From Bacteroidales bacterium (lineage in GTDB: Bacteria; Bacteroidota; Bacteroidia; Bacteroidales; UBA10428): DNA of 64,000 nucleotides. A model generated the notes under the pieces. That model was not told where the DNA came from, did no database searches, and was given only the letters and a program-made list of their open reading frames with translations. The stretch lies in NCBI GenBank assembly GCA_016931575.1, contig JAFGEO010000062.1:91090-155089 (forward strand). The letters run 5' to 3'. Shown piece by piece: positions 27,872 to 38,945 of this stretch; position 1 is the stretch's first letter; each line of letters begins with the position of its first letter. Made by a program: the position numbers and the translations under genes.

Positions 27872-29092
27872 TTACCATCCCAATATTTTATGGAAATCGT
27901 ATTCTTCCGGATTGTCGAGGTATTTCTTTGCCTCTTTGTAATCTGCTTTGGTAATGTAGTGCAGGTTGTTGTTATAAACCAGCTGGGCCCTTTCTGAATC
28001 GATATCTACCAGGCGGGGTTTTACTTTTCCGTTTTCATCCTCAACATCCTTCAGGTAAAGAGGATTGATATTTCCGGCAGGATCAGCAGTAACCATACAA
28101 CCGGTGGCACCTTCCTGGAAGAGCTTCATTACTCCGGTGCCCAAAAGTGTAGCGTATGCCAGGTCAAAAGCGATCGGGCGGCAGCAACGCAGCTCATAAC
28201 CCAATTCATTCGGACGGCTCTTGATCGTCAGGCCGAGTTTTTTAAGTTTTCTCTGAACCAGCATATTGAAGATGTGCGATTTACTCACGTTACCTAATTC
28301 GGGGTGACCGTGGTCATCGTAGGTAAAGTTAATGCCGGTACCTTCAATCTCTTCGTCGTTCATAAAATGGAAAACGCCTTCACTGACCATTGCCACACCG
28401 TAAGGAATTCCGAGGATAATCCGTTTTACCATGGAAGAAATGATCAGTCGGGTGATCTTGTCGAAGGTTGCTTTGGTTTTGTTGAACATCTCTGGAATGA
28501 TGATCATTGGCAGGTGACATGCGGTACCAATACCGAACGCCAGGTGACCGGCTTCACGGCCCATGGCTGATACAATAAACCAGTTTCCGCTGGTACGTGC
28601 ATCCTCATAGATGGTAGTTGCCAGTTTCACACCTTCCTCTTTCGCGGACTGGTATCCGAAAGTCGGGCTGCCGGGAGGCAAAGGAAGGTCATTGTCAATG
28701 GTCTTTGGAACATGAATATTTGACACTTTTACATTATTCGCCGCCAGGAATTTGGCCAGACGGTTTGCAGTGGATGCCGTGTCGTCACCACCAACGGTAA
28801 CCAATAGTTTCACGTTATTTTCGGTGAAGAAAGTAGTGGTAAACTCGCTGTCTTTCGGCTTGTAACGACTCATCTGAAGTGCTGAACCACCACGGGTGAA
28901 AACAGCATCTGCAAACTGGAAATCCAGCTCATCGAAAGTGGGTTTTCCGCTGAACAGGGTCTTGTACCCCTCATTGATACCTAATACGCGGTATCCGGCA
29001 TTCAGAAACACTTTAGTAACCGATCCAATTACTGTATTGATTCCCGGGGCAGGACCACCGGCGCAAAGAATAGCAATAGCGTCTTTTTTCAT
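27872..29092 (-). CDS. pfp: 6-phosphofructokinase paralogue, PPi-dependent signature
   Basis: 406 aa. IAILCAGGPAPGIN, VGGDDTAS, VPKTIDND and SAMGREAG. Confidence 0.85.
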   Translation of the reverse strand: MKKDAIAILCAGGPAPGINTVIGSVTKVFLNAGYRVLGINEGYKTLFSGKPTFDELDFQFADAVFTRGGSALQMSRYKPKDSEFTTTFFTENNVKLLVTVGGDDTASTANRLAKFLAANNVKVSNIHVPKTIDNDLPLPPGSPTFGYQSAKEEGVKLATTIYEDARTSGNWFIVSAMGREAGHLAFGIGTACHLPMIIIPEMFNKTKATFDKITRLIISSMVKRIILGIPYGVAMVSEGVFHFMNDEEIEGTGINFTYDDHGHPELGNVSKSHIFNMLVQRKLKKLGLTIKSRPNELGYELRCCRPIAFDLAYATLLGTGVMKLFQEGATGCMVTADPAGNINPLYLKDVEDENGKVKPRLVDIDSERAQLVYNNNLHYITKADYKEAKKYLDNPEEYDFHKILGW

Positions 29093-29467
29093 AATTATCC
29101 GATTATATTTTCTTTAATGTGTAAGCTTTTTTCGCGCCGCAAAGATGGGAATATATTTTTAAAAAATAAAGTCCTGGATACGAGAGCTATGTAATCTAAA
29201 ACCAGTATACATAAAATATTTTCCGACGCATACGGGTTGCCGACAACTTTGTCCTGTTCAGTGCTATTCTCTGCGGAGGAAGAAGCTTGGTTGGGGGTCC
29301 GGCGTAAGTATTTGGTAAAAATTATTTATGTATTTACTGCTAATAATCAGAGGATTAGATAGGTACACCATACCATGGCGGAGTTAATTCACGCGTTAAA
29401 AAGCATTTAATATTCTGATTTGCAAAACAGATTCTGTACATTTGGCCAAATTTTAGAAGAAAAAAGG

Positions 29468-30280
29468 ATGAGAGCTTTAGGATGGTTATATGATCGGTTT
29501 GATGATTTTCCCTTCACAGGAAGAAGGATATTCTGGCGAATCTGGCACAGTTATCTGCTCAAATATGATAAGCAGGTCGATGCCAATTTTATGAATTACG
29601 GATATTCGGGACTGAATGGTGAAAAACCTATCGAACTAAAGGAAGAGGATGAGATAAACCGGTATTGCATTCAGTTATACGATCATGTGGTGGAGACAGC
29701 CGATTTAAAAGGCAAGCATGTTCTGGAGGTGGGTTCAGGCCGAGGAGGTGGTGCTGACTATATTACACGCTACTATAAGCCTGGGTCGTATACAGCTCTT
29801 GACATTTCAACCAGGACGATTGACTTTTGTAATAAACATTACAAGCATCCGGAGTTGAAATTTGTCAAAGGAAATGCTGAAAAGCTGCCCTTTGCAGAGA
29901 AGACATTCGATATAGTGATTAATGTGGAATCCGCCAGGAACTATAAGAATCTCCAGGAATTTTTTAAGGGTGTTCACCGGATTTTAAAGCCGGGCGGTTA
30001 TTTCCTGTTTGCCGATATGATGTTTGAAAAAGACGTGGCTGATATGCCTGCCAAACTGGAAGAAAGCGGCTTCAGGGTCACTAAGAAGGAGCACATCACT
30101 CCCAATGTGATCAGGGCACTTCAAAAGGATTCTGAAAGAAGGGAGGTTTTAATCCAAAAACACCTGCCAGGTTTTTTAAACAAGTCTTTTTCTCAATTTG
30201 CCGGCACAAAAGGTAGTGAGCGCTATGAATCCTTCGAGAACGGGACTTTCCAGTACTGGAGTTACGTATTGCAGGCATAG
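29468..30280 (+). CDS. class I SAM-dependent methyltransferase
   Basis: ORF trimmed to the first ATG (MRALGWLYDRF). Motif I is VLEVGSGRGGGADY; post-I/II motifs ALDIS and FDIVINVES. Confidence 0.8.
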   Translation: MRALGWLYDRFDDFPFTGRRIFWRIWHSYLLKYDKQVDANFMNYGYSGLNGEKPIELKEEDEINRYCIQLYDHVVETADLKGKHVLEVGSGRGGGADYITRYYKPGSYTALDISTRTIDFCNKHYKHPELKFVKGNAEKLPFAEKTFDIVINVESARNYKNLQEFFKGVHRILKPGGYFLFADMMFEKDVADMPAKLEESGFRVTKKEHITPNVIRALQKDSERREVLIQKHLPGFLNKSFSQFAGTKGSERYESFENGTFQYWSYVLQA

Positions 30281-30499
30281 AAAGCTGAGCCCTGCCCCCA
30301 GGGATTCAGCATAGCGTTTAGGGAGCATACAGGACTGGTATGCGCCCCGGCTAACTGTGAAAGACCCTTCACCGGGAAATTTATCTGGCAATTATTTACG
30401 CAATTTGGCATCGTATCCTTTAAGGGAATGTTGTCGAATTGCCTATTTTAGCTGGTAATCTGAACTGCTTTCCCAGTGGTTCAATAATTACAGCCAGCT

Positions 30500-31417
30500 A
30501 TGAAACCCTTTAGTTTTTTCAGTAAACTGATCCTGGTATTCCTTCTTGCTATAATGACGGGCTGCGAAAAGATCCAGGAATTCCGGAGTGATTACCTTGT
30601 TTTTCCCCTTGGCCGTTCTTTCCTGGCAGGAAGTTCCGTAGAGATTACGGTTGCCGGTCAGTCTTATGACGGGGAGTACCTGTACGATAACTGCGGAAGC
30701 TACTGGTTGCAGGTCCCGAAAGAAGACCTTGAGGCTGGAGATGAAGTTGTTATCACGTTCACCCGCAGAAAAACGGACCTTCTATTATTGACTACACAAG
30801 ATGCCCCGGGCGAAACCTGGCTGGAGCCTTGTTACTATATTGATTCCGAGGATGAGGCCCTGTCAGAGAAGGCTTTAGCCCTTACTGAAGGGCTTGATTC
30901 AGCATATGAGAAGGCAAAGGCCATTCAGACATTTGTCATCACCCACCTTCGGTTTACACCGAACTATAGCAGCTCCTTCAAAGTCAAAGCATCACAAACC
31001 TATGAGGAGCAATTTGGTACCTGCATGAATTTTTCCCGGCTTTTTGTGGCCATGAGCAGGGCTGCCGGCATACCCTCCAGGACCGTTTGGGGTAATGTGT
31101 ACAACTATAATGATAACGGGCTCTACGATTTCCACCATCAGTGGGCAGAGTTCCGCGATGAGGATGGAAAATGGCACCCGCTTGATTTTAACTACACAAA
31201 GAATATCGACCTGAACGATATCTGCTACCTTGACCTTTTTTGTAATCCTGAAGAGAATCCTGTCACCCTTGACCGGAGCACATACACCCTCGCCTACGGG
31301 GATATAAAATACCCCCACGATTACCCGGCAACCTGCACCGGAAGGTTTGGATATGCACTGATATCCGATTCCCGCCCCGACTCGATGGTGCTGGAGTATA
31401 GGTATGTGGTGGAGTAG
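30500..31417 (+). CDS. transglutaminase-like cysteine protease-fold lipoprotein
   Basis: Lipobox LLAIMTGC. Cys-His-Asp core: GTCMNFSRLFVAMSRAAGIPSR, DFHHQWAEF and WHPLD. Confidence 0.8.
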   Translation: MKPFSFFSKLILVFLLAIMTGCEKIQEFRSDYLVFPLGRSFLAGSSVEITVAGQSYDGEYLYDNCGSYWLQVPKEDLEAGDEVVITFTRRKTDLLLLTTQDAPGETWLEPCYYIDSEDEALSEKALALTEGLDSAYEKAKAIQTFVITHLRFTPNYSSSFKVKASQTYEEQFGTCMNFSRLFVAMSRAAGIPSRTVWGNVYNYNDNGLYDFHHQWAEFRDEDGKWHPLDFNYTKNIDLNDICYLDLFCNPEENPVTLDRSTYTLAYGDIKYPHDYPATCTGRFGYALISDSRPDSMVLEYRYVVE

Positions 31418-31509
31418 GATTGCCTCAAAAAGCTGAGAAAGTCCCTGCCCAGGATGTTGTTTCTATAAAATTTAAGTATATTTGTGTAATAATTTAAGTA
31501 TACTTAAAA

Positions 31510-32160
31510 ATGTCAATTTCAACGGAAAATTTCATCAAGACAATCTACATGCTGGATACCAGTGAGGGCAAGGATTCCCGGCCTGGTTCCATTGCAAGTG
31601 AGTTAGGGATCAGCTATGCTGCAACAACGGATATGGCCAGGAAGCTGGCCGAAAAGGACCTGATCCACTACAAGAAATATCAGGAGATCCGACTGACCCG
31701 GGAGGGAAGGCGCATGGCTTTGGATATTCTCCGGAAGCACAGGCTTTGGGAGCTGTTTTTGCACCAGACATTTGGCCTTTCCATGCAGGATATCCACCGG
31801 GAGGCGGAGATGCTTGAGCATCAGACTTCTGATTTCCTTGCAGAAAAGCTTAGCGATTTTCTGGGCAATCCGATGTTTGATCCGCATGGTGATCCCATTC
31901 CGGATAAAGACGGCAACATAATTACAGATCCCGGTCGCATCCTGCTGGCAGCGGCGGTTCCCGGGGAGACTTATATGATCAGCCGGATTTACAGTTCGAG
32001 CCGGGAGATCCTTGAATTTTGCGAGATGAACGGATTGCTGGTGGGTACGGGCATTACCATTGTCGGTCAGTTTCAATCCCCCCAGATGACAGAAATCCTA
32101 CTGCATGAGCAGAAACTTATCCTGAGTAGAGAATTTACCCAGGTTATTTACCTTACATAG
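31510..32160 (+). CDS. mntR: DtxR/MntR-family metal-dependent transcriptional repressor with FeoA-like C-terminal domain
   Basis: 216 aa. wHTH N-terminus, HRLWELFL and EAEMLEHQTSD metal-site region. Confidence 0.8.
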   Translation: MSISTENFIKTIYMLDTSEGKDSRPGSIASELGISYAATTDMARKLAEKDLIHYKKYQEIRLTREGRRMALDILRKHRLWELFLHQTFGLSMQDIHREAEMLEHQTSDFLAEKLSDFLGNPMFDPHGDPIPDKDGNIITDPGRILLAAAVPGETYMISRIYSSSREILEFCEMNGLLVGTGITIVGQFQSPQMTEILLHEQKLILSREFTQVIYLT

Positions 32161-32225
32161 ATTTTTGTATTATGGAAACATTATAGGTAAACTGCCGGGG
32201 ATTAAAACTTATTAAACCTTCACAT

Positions 32226-33032
32226 ATGCATACCAACGATGTACTTTTTGCTTTAGGCCTTACCCTTTTTGCAGGCTTATCAACCGGGATAGGGAGTCTT
32301 ATGTCTTTTTTCTCCCGGAAATTCAGTCCCAAATTTCTTGCCGTAACCCTTGGCTTTTCTGCCGGGGTAATGATTTACGTTTCCCTGGTTGAGATCATGG
32401 TAAAAGCGAAGGATTCACTGACCCTGGCGCATGGTCTGAAGACAGGGAGCATCTATACGGTGATAGCCTTTTTTGTGGGCATAGGTCTGATTGCACTGAT
32501 CGATAAGATGATACCGTCCTTCGAAAATCCGCATGAAATAAAAAACCTGGAGGAGAAGAATCTCGATATGGAGAACAGCAGGAAGCTTCTTCGAATGGGA
32601 TTGTTTTCCGCCCTGGCCATAGGGATCCATAATTTTCCTGAAGGGCTGGCAACCTTTATGGGCGCTATGACGGATCCGACCCTGGGTATCAGCATTGCCG
32701 TGGCCATTGCCATTCATAACATTCCGGAAGGGATTGCAGTATCCGTTCCGATATACTATGCAACAAAGAACCGCAGTAAAGCCTTCTGGCTGTCATTTTT
32801 ATCCGGCCTTGCAGAGCCGGTAGGTGCGCTTCTGGGGTATTTCATCCTTCGTACCGTATTCAATGATTCCACTTTTGGGGTCATCTTTGCAGGTGTAGCC
32901 GGGATCATGGTCTATATTTCGCTGGACGAATTGCTGCCCACAGCAGAGGAATACGGGGAGCACCACCTGGCTATCGGAGGTCTTATAGGAGGCATGGCTG
33001 TGATGGCGGTGAGTTTACTACTATTCCTCTGA
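32226..33032 (+). CDS. zupT: ZIP-family zinc/metal transporter
   Basis: 268 aa, multi-[16 protein letters not shown] and [13 protein letters not shown] are ZIP signature helices. Confidence 0.85.
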   Translation: MHTNDVLFALGLTLFAGLSTGIGSLMSFFSRKFSPKFLAVTLGFSAGVMIYVSLVEIMVKAKDSLTLAHGLKTGSIYTVIAFFVGIGLIALIDKMIPSFENPHEIKNLEEKNLDMENSRKLLRMGLFSALAIGIHNFPEGLATFMGAMTDPTLGISIAVAIAIHNIPEGIAVSVPIYYATKNRSKAFWLSFLSGLAEPVGALLGYFILRTVFNDSTFGVIFAGVAGIMVYISLDELLPTAEEYGEHHLAIGGLIGGMAVMAVSLLLFL

Positions 33033-33205
33033 AAATTCAGAGGAATACTGAATGTCAGGCAGGATATTGGTTTGAAAGGCGATATCCTGTTTTTTAGTAC
33101 TGCAAACCTTTTTTCTGCCGGCTACTTGCCGAAATTTTGTATCTTTCCTGTATTGAAGACCAGAGTCTTATCCGGAAATCCGGCTTACTCCATAAGTTAT
33201 CTGAG

Positions 33206-34495
33206 ATGCAAATCCAACAAACCCATCCTGATAATACCCCTTCAAGAAGGAGGAACAGGTTGTTTGAATATTTTTCAGGCTTTCATATTTTACTGAAACT
33301 CATACCTTTTCTGTTTCTGTACCTGATTATCGCAGCGCTTTTTTCTGATAAAGGCCTGGTGGATGATGAAATCCGCTACCATATGTTTGCAACCAATCTG
33401 ATACATGGACATTATTCTCCGGGAATACCCCATATTAATATCTGGAATGGACCCGGGTATCCCTTGTTTCTGGTTCCTTTCATGCATCTGGACCTTCCCC
33501 TGCAGGTTCTTAGGGCGCTGAATGCCTTCCTTCTTTATTTTTCCCTGGCCATCACGTATGAAACGATGCGGTTTTTTATTTCAAGGAAAAAAGCTTTGCT
33601 GGGTACAGTGGCGCTGGGTCTCTATTTCCCGATGTATTCTCTAATTCCCTTGCTGTACTCGGAATGCCTTGCCTGGTTCCTTATAAGTGTGGTGTGTTAT
33701 TTCCTGGTCAGGAATTTCCAAGAGGAAAAATTTTCCTGGAAATGGATCTTGCTTGGTGGTATCGCCCTTACCTGCCTGACCATGGTAAAAGTAATATTCG
33801 GGAATGTCCTGATGTTTATGCTCATGATCTCACTTTTTCTCATGATCATTCCCGGATACCGGCAGGCGGCCGGAAAATCAGCTATCATTTTCCTGATTGG
33901 GTTTACGCTCTGCCTGCCCTGGCTTGCCTATACTCATAGTCTGACAGGGAAGGCATATTACTGGACCAATTGCAGTGGCATGTCATTGTATACGATGAGT
34001 TCCCCGTTTCCACAGGAATCCGGTGACTGGATGAATGAAGTTGAGCTCGGGAAGAATCCTAACCATGCTGCGTTTATTGACAGTATTTCAAATCTTTCGG
34101 TAATTGAGAGGGATGAAGCTTATAGGGAAGCTGCTATTCGAAATATCCGGCAACACCCCGGGAAATACCTTCGGAACTGGATCGCAAATGTTGGAAGGCT
34201 ACTCTTCTCATACCCTTATTCCTACGAGGAAAAATCCGTTGATACCTATTTTACCATGCTTCCCAATATGTTCATTGTAGTACTCCTGGTTTTTTCATTC
34301 GGCTTTTGTGTGAGCCAATTCCCGAAAATGCCGAAAACCTTGTGCCTGCTGTTACTTTTTATGATGATCTACCTTTTCGGCAGTTCACTTCTAAGCGCTT
34401 ACAAGCGGATGTTCTTTATAACCATGCCCTATTGGTTTCTTTTTATGTCCTACATTTTCAGCGAGGTGGTTTTAATACGGATCCGGAGACTATAA
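33206..34495 (+). CDS. integral-membrane glycosyltransferase (GT39/ArnT-like)
   Basis: Polytopic. An early-loop DDEIRYH motif resembles the DE..Y of PMT/ArnT-type enzymes. ORF trimmed from a TTG to ATG 33206. Confidence 0.55.
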   Translation: MQIQQTHPDNTPSRRRNRLFEYFSGFHILLKLIPFLFLYLIIAALFSDKGLVDDEIRYHMFATNLIHGHYSPGIPHINIWNGPGYPLFLVPFMHLDLPLQVLRALNAFLLYFSLAITYETMRFFISRKKALLGTVALGLYFPMYSLIPLLYSECLAWFLISVVCYFLVRNFQEEKFSWKWILLGGIALTCLTMVKVIFGNVLMFMLMISLFLMIIPGYRQAAGKSAIIFLIGFTLCLPWLAYTHSLTGKAYYWTNCSGMSLYTMSSPFPQESGDWMNEVELGKNPNHAAFIDSISNLSVIERDEAYREAAIRNIRQHPGKYLRNWIANVGRLLFSYPYSYEEKSVDTYFTMLPNMFIVVLLVFSFGFCVSQFPKMPKTLCLLLLFMMIYLFGSSLLSAYKRMFFITMPYWFLFMSYIFSEVVLIRIRRL

Positions 34496-34597
34496 TCCGG
34501 TTCTTCGTTTTCAGTTGGTTCAGCAGTCAGGTGATCACCAGAGAGTTTACCTGCTTCGAAGGGTCATGCTATTCGGCATGTAGGTGCCAGCCTGGCA

Positions 34598-35563
34598 TTA
34601 CCTGGCAACGAGGAATTTCTCTGCCATGAGGTTTGAATCAGCCTCGAAGGTGTAAAAGTACACGCCCTGCCGTAATTCTGTGCAATCCAGAATATCCCTG
34701 TGGATTCCTGGTTCCCGGACCTGGTTTATGGGTTCACCCAACAGGGTCATACCGGCATCGTAAATACGGACGATCACCCGGCAGCGTTTGTTCAAGCGAT
34801 ATTGCAGGCAGGTAAAATCTTCAACCGGGTTGGGTAGCAGGTAGGACCGGAATGCAGCATCGCTTTGTAAGCCGGAGACGGCATCGGGGGGAGTGCTGCC
34901 CGAGGTATCAGGCAGGGTGAATTCCCCGGGGGTGAGAGCCTGGTGGGTTGTCCTGACAGAAAATATGGCGCCATGATACCATGATACCAGGTTGTTTCGC
35001 ACACCGATCGATGTAGTCCCTGAGCTTTGCATGGCATACTGAACCGTATCCGACAATTCCTGAACGCCATTCACATAGTGTGTCATAACATGGTCTTTGT
35101 AAACCAATGCGGCATGCCACCATTCATCCTTGGCATGCGGACAGGTATCGGCATACAGGGTCCTTGATGATGAGCCTGACTTGATAAAAGTATCCAGAAA
35201 CCAGTCGTCTTCTGCTGTCGACCGCAACTCAACAAGTATCCGGTTGTCATTATCCTGCTCCATATGTACAAAGCGCTGCTCATCAAGCCCTCCTGAATAA
35301 GGTTTAAAGATAACTTCGACGGTAAATTCCGAGGCCCCGGCCAGGGGATTGGCGGCAATCTGTATTCCGTCGCCTGAACCGTTGAATTCGAGGGCTGTCC
35401 CCAATTCGGTTTCGATGAGGGAAGGGCTTCCGACCAGGGTAATGGGGAATCCGCCAATGTTATCCAGGTTGTTGAGTTCCCAGTAAGTCACTTCGGGAGT
35501 TTCCTGGGCTTTTGGACTTATCAGACTGGGGAGGAGCAGTAAAAGGGAAATTAAATATCTCAT
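34598..35563 (-). CDS. LamG (concanavalin-like lectin) domain protein with T9SS type A sorting domain
   Basis: Signal peptide MRYLISLLLLLPSLISPKAQ. FTVEVIFKP..WWHAALVY..HYVNG is LamG-like. C-terminus LLPNPVEDFTCLQYRL..GVYFYTF. Confidence 0.75.
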   Translation of the reverse strand: MRYLISLLLLLPSLISPKAQETPEVTYWELNNLDNIGGFPITLVGSPSLIETELGTALEFNGSGDGIQIAANPLAGASEFTVEVIFKPYSGGLDEQRFVHMEQDNDNRILVELRSTAEDDWFLDTFIKSGSSSRTLYADTCPHAKDEWWHAALVYKDHVMTHYVNGVQELSDTVQYAMQSSGTTSIGVRNNLVSWYHGAIFSVRTTHQALTPGEFTLPDTSGSTPPDAVSGLQSDAAFRSYLLPNPVEDFTCLQYRLNKRCRVIVRIYDAGMTLLGEPINQVREPGIHRDILDCTELRQGVYFYTFEADSNLMAEKFLVAR

Positions 35564-35768
35564 GAGTACCTCGACTTTTTTCAGGTGGCAAATATAGGCT
35601 TATCATTTTTTTTACCGTAACGCTATGCTCATTTAAATATCCGGGCCTGTTTTTTTTTAAAAAAGCAAAGATTTTACCACCGGGATTCCTAAATGAATTT
35701 TTTTAACTATACTTGCACATTCTCTTCTACTCCCTTTACGTAATAACGCCACAGCATTTGATCTGTAT

Positions 35769-36707
35769 ATGGAATCGTTATACCATGGATTCTTGAATCA
35801 CTATTGGGGGAGTCGCACAAAACTGATCCTTGAGGAGGCGCTTGTTCTGCTGTTGAACCTATGGCCCTACCTGGTATCGGGGATCATTATCACCACCCTT
35901 ATCAAGACATTTCTGAGGAAAGAACAGGTGGCGCGGTTTTTTGTCTCCGGGAAGAACCTGACGATTATCGTGGCAGCGCTTATCGGTGTGGTTTCTCCCC
36001 TGGGCAGCTACATTGTCATCCCGCTTTCGGCAGCCTTATCTGTTGCCGGGGTGCCCCTCCCTGTACTGATGGCATTGCTGGTTTCTTCCCCCTTGATTGA
36101 TCCGACCCTTTTTCTGCTGACATCAGGGGCTTTCGGGATAGAGCTTGCTTTGGCCCGTTTGGTATCGGCATTTATCCTGGGAGTTTCAGCAGGCTATTTT
36201 ACCCGCTGGATGATCACCCTGAAATGGATAAAGCCGCAGGCTATCCTGAGAGGGGATGGCGGGGCATCGCCAATGAAACTGGATGATTCAGGGGTGAAGC
36301 CGGACCTGAGATCCTTCCTGCGTGAATTGTACAGACTGACATGGTTTATCAGCAAGTATTTTTTTCTTGCGATATTCCTGGCTGCCTGGATAAAGATACT
36401 CATGCCGCTGCAGGTCATGCTTCGTCTTTTCGGGGAAAATGAATTTCTGACCGTGCTGTTTACCACCGGGGCCGGCATTCCCTTCTACGTATGCGGGGGA
36501 GCTGCAATCCCGGTTGTGCAGCAATTGGCTGAACTGGGAATGAGTTCCGGTGCAGCCCTGGCCTTTTTTATTTCAGGTCCGATAACCAAGATTTCGAACC
36601 TGGTACTCATGCAGGCGCTTTTCCGCTCAAGGGTTTTTCTGATCTACCTGGCAACAGGGATCCTCGGTGCAGCGGTATCAGGAATCATTATGAATATGTT
36701 TTTTTAG
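35769..36707 (+). CDS. predicted permease (ArsP/DUF318 family)
   Basis: 312 aa polytopic protein with duplicated halves containing VVSPLGS.. and GIPFYVCGGAAIPV motifs. Confidence 0.65.
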   Translation: MESLYHGFLNHYWGSRTKLILEEALVLLLNLWPYLVSGIIITTLIKTFLRKEQVARFFVSGKNLTIIVAALIGVVSPLGSYIVIPLSAALSVAGVPLPVLMALLVSSPLIDPTLFLLTSGAFGIELALARLVSAFILGVSAGYFTRWMITLKWIKPQAILRGDGGASPMKLDDSGVKPDLRSFLRELYRLTWFISKYFFLAIFLAAWIKILMPLQVMLRLFGENEFLTVLFTTGAGIPFYVCGGAAIPVVQQLAELGMSSGAALAFFISGPITKISNLVLMQALFRSRVFLIYLATGILGAAVSGIIMNMFF

Positions 36708-36767
36708 CAAGGTTTTTAGTTCAAATAAGTATAAAAGAAGGTTAATGAATCATCAAAAATAAGGCAT

Positions 36768-38747
36768 ATGGTACGCAGAAAGAATTCCCGTAAAACAGTT
36801 GTAACTACCTTATTGATATGCTCCATCATCGTGGCGGTTGGCTGGGACCTGATCAGTTCAAAAAAGTATAAATCAGAGACAGGTACTTTCCGGTATGAAT
36901 CTGAATTTGATGCGGTAACGGCGGCGACCACAAAAGTTGCCATTGTTCCTTCAGACTATTCCGGGCTGAGCGATCCGATATCCAGAAGTACAAATCCTGG
37001 CTATTTACAGATCGAGGACATGGTCAGGAAGGCGATTGAGCTGCAGGGCGGTCTCGACTGGGTGATAAGTCCCGGAGACAAGGTCATGCTGAAAGTCAAC
37101 CTGGTTGGCGGAGACAGTCCTTCCGGTGAAGGGGAGAACACCGACGCGCGGGTTGTAAAAGCGGTTATCCGCCTGATCGATGAGGCCATGGAGGGGAATG
37201 TTGAGATCATTGTTGCCGAGGGTACGGCACGTTCCAATGACGGTGTTCCCGATGCAGGGAGTGTGTGGGACAATTCGGGATACCAGGACCTTCTGACAGA
37301 TGCTGACCTTGAAGGGATAAACTTTAGTTTCCTGAACCTGAACCAAACTTACGAAGAGACGATCGAGCTTACGCTGGGGGATAAGGCTACGGCTGCCCCT
37401 CACAATGGGAAATACAGGGTTCACCAGGAAGAGATCGATGCGGATGTATTCATCTCCATTCCGGTTTTGAAAATACATGATACCGGAATTACCAATGCAT
37501 TGAAGAACCAGATCGGCACTGCCCCGGGATCCGTTTACGGATACAATAAAATGAACGGTACTGCCAGTCATGATGGCTTATTCCACGATGTTGACCACCG
37601 TCGCTGGACCGAAGAAGAGATCGTGGATCTGTGTACCATAGCCGACATCGATTTTGTGGTGGTAGATGCCATCATGTGCCTGGAAAGTTACAAGACCTAC
37701 AACGGGAGCAACCAGGTACGTATGAATACCATCGTTGCCGGCGCCGATCCTGTGGCTGTTGATCATACCTGCGCAAAACTTTTCTGCCTGAATCCCGATG
37801 ACATAAACCACATTACCCTGGCTGAAAAGATCGGTTTAGGGACAAACGATCCTGAAAAGATCGAGCTGGTGGGTGCTCCGCTGGATGATGTAAAGAAACG
37901 GGTAAAGAAGAATACCTCCGAGAACGGAAAATTTGGGCAGAGTAACCGTACCTGGTTGCTATCTGAGGCTTTCACTTCTACCGACATCAGCGAAGAGCTG
38001 ATCAGCGGGGAGGCAACCCTGGAGCCCTATCCGGGAGTTGATGGCTGGTCGGAGCCGGTATATTTCTTCGATGACAGGATTGACCTGCTAAGTTACTACG
38101 GGGGCCTTGACAACATCCTTACGTACGCATTTACCTACTTCTATGCACCGGTCGATCAGAGTGCAGAATTGTGGATTGGCTCGCATGAAGCAATCAGGGT
38201 TTTCCTGAATGGTGAGCTGGTCTATGATTTCGATGGCATCAACACCTATGGGGATGATGATATTTTCACTGACAGGGAAGACATAGCGATCCGTCAGGGA
38301 ACGAACACCGTGATGGTGAAAACCCTTAACCAGTATAACGACTATAGTTTTGCCCTGAATATCTGTGAACCGGAGGATGATATTAATTATTACGGGAACC
38401 GGGTGGAAGGCCTGAAATTCTATACCGATTCAGGTCAGGCCCCTGATGCCCTTCGGGAGCAAAGGCAGATACTCACCGGGATGAATACACTGCATGCCTG
38501 TCCGAATCCGGTGAGTGAGCAGCTGAGGGTTGATTTCGAGCTCCAGTCGGCAGGGATGGTCCAGGTGGCTATCTATGACAGACAGGGTAAACTCATCGAG
38601 AGGCTCGTAAATGGTGAACTTCCCGCCGGCAAGAACAGTGCGGTATGGGATGTCCGGGGATCAGGAGCGGCTGTTCCTGCCGGGAATTACTTCTGTGTTC
38701 TTCGGACCGGGCAGGGTACTTCCAGCATAAAATTATTGGTGGAATAG
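36768..38747 (+). CDS. DUF362-domain protein with beta-sandwich module and T9SS type A sorting domain
   Basis: N-terminal anchor or signal. VMLKVNLVGG, IPVLKIHDTGITNALKNQIG, VVDAIMCLE and AGADPVAVDH are DUF362-like. C-terminus LHACPNPVSEQLRVDF...GNYFCVLRTG. Confidence 0.65.
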   Translation: MVRRKNSRKTVVTTLLICSIIVAVGWDLISSKKYKSETGTFRYESEFDAVTAATTKVAIVPSDYSGLSDPISRSTNPGYLQIEDMVRKAIELQGGLDWVISPGDKVMLKVNLVGGDSPSGEGENTDARVVKAVIRLIDEAMEGNVEIIVAEGTARSNDGVPDAGSVWDNSGYQDLLTDADLEGINFSFLNLNQTYEETIELTLGDKATAAPHNGKYRVHQEEIDADVFISIPVLKIHDTGITNALKNQIGTAPGSVYGYNKMNGTASHDGLFHDVDHRRWTEEEIVDLCTIADIDFVVVDAIMCLESYKTYNGSNQVRMNTIVAGADPVAVDHTCAKLFCLNPDDINHITLAEKIGLGTNDPEKIELVGAPLDDVKKRVKKNTSENGKFGQSNRTWLLSEAFTSTDISEELISGEATLEPYPGVDGWSEPVYFFDDRIDLLSYYGGLDNILTYAFTYFYAPVDQSAELWIGSHEAIRVFLNGELVYDFDGINTYGDDDIFTDREDIAIRQGTNTVMVKTLNQYNDYSFALNICEPEDDINYYGNRVEGLKFYTDSGQAPDALREQRQILTGMNTLHACPNPVSEQLRVDFELQSAGMVQVAIYDRQGKLIERLVNGELPAGKNSAVWDVRGSGAAVPAGNYFCVLRTGQGTSSIKLLVE

Positions 38748-38945
38748 GCAGAAGGAGCCAGGATATACCTACCACGAATTACATGAATCAGGTTTCGTGA
38801 TAATTCGTGGCATTTATAATCATTTTGTGAAGGCACCGCGCACAGGAAGTAAGAGCGACCGATCATCTGAATGATTGCTACTTGTCAGTTATTCAGATCT
38901 TACGCCAGGCAGTGGAATTCAGTCATTGTCAGCTTTACTGATTTT

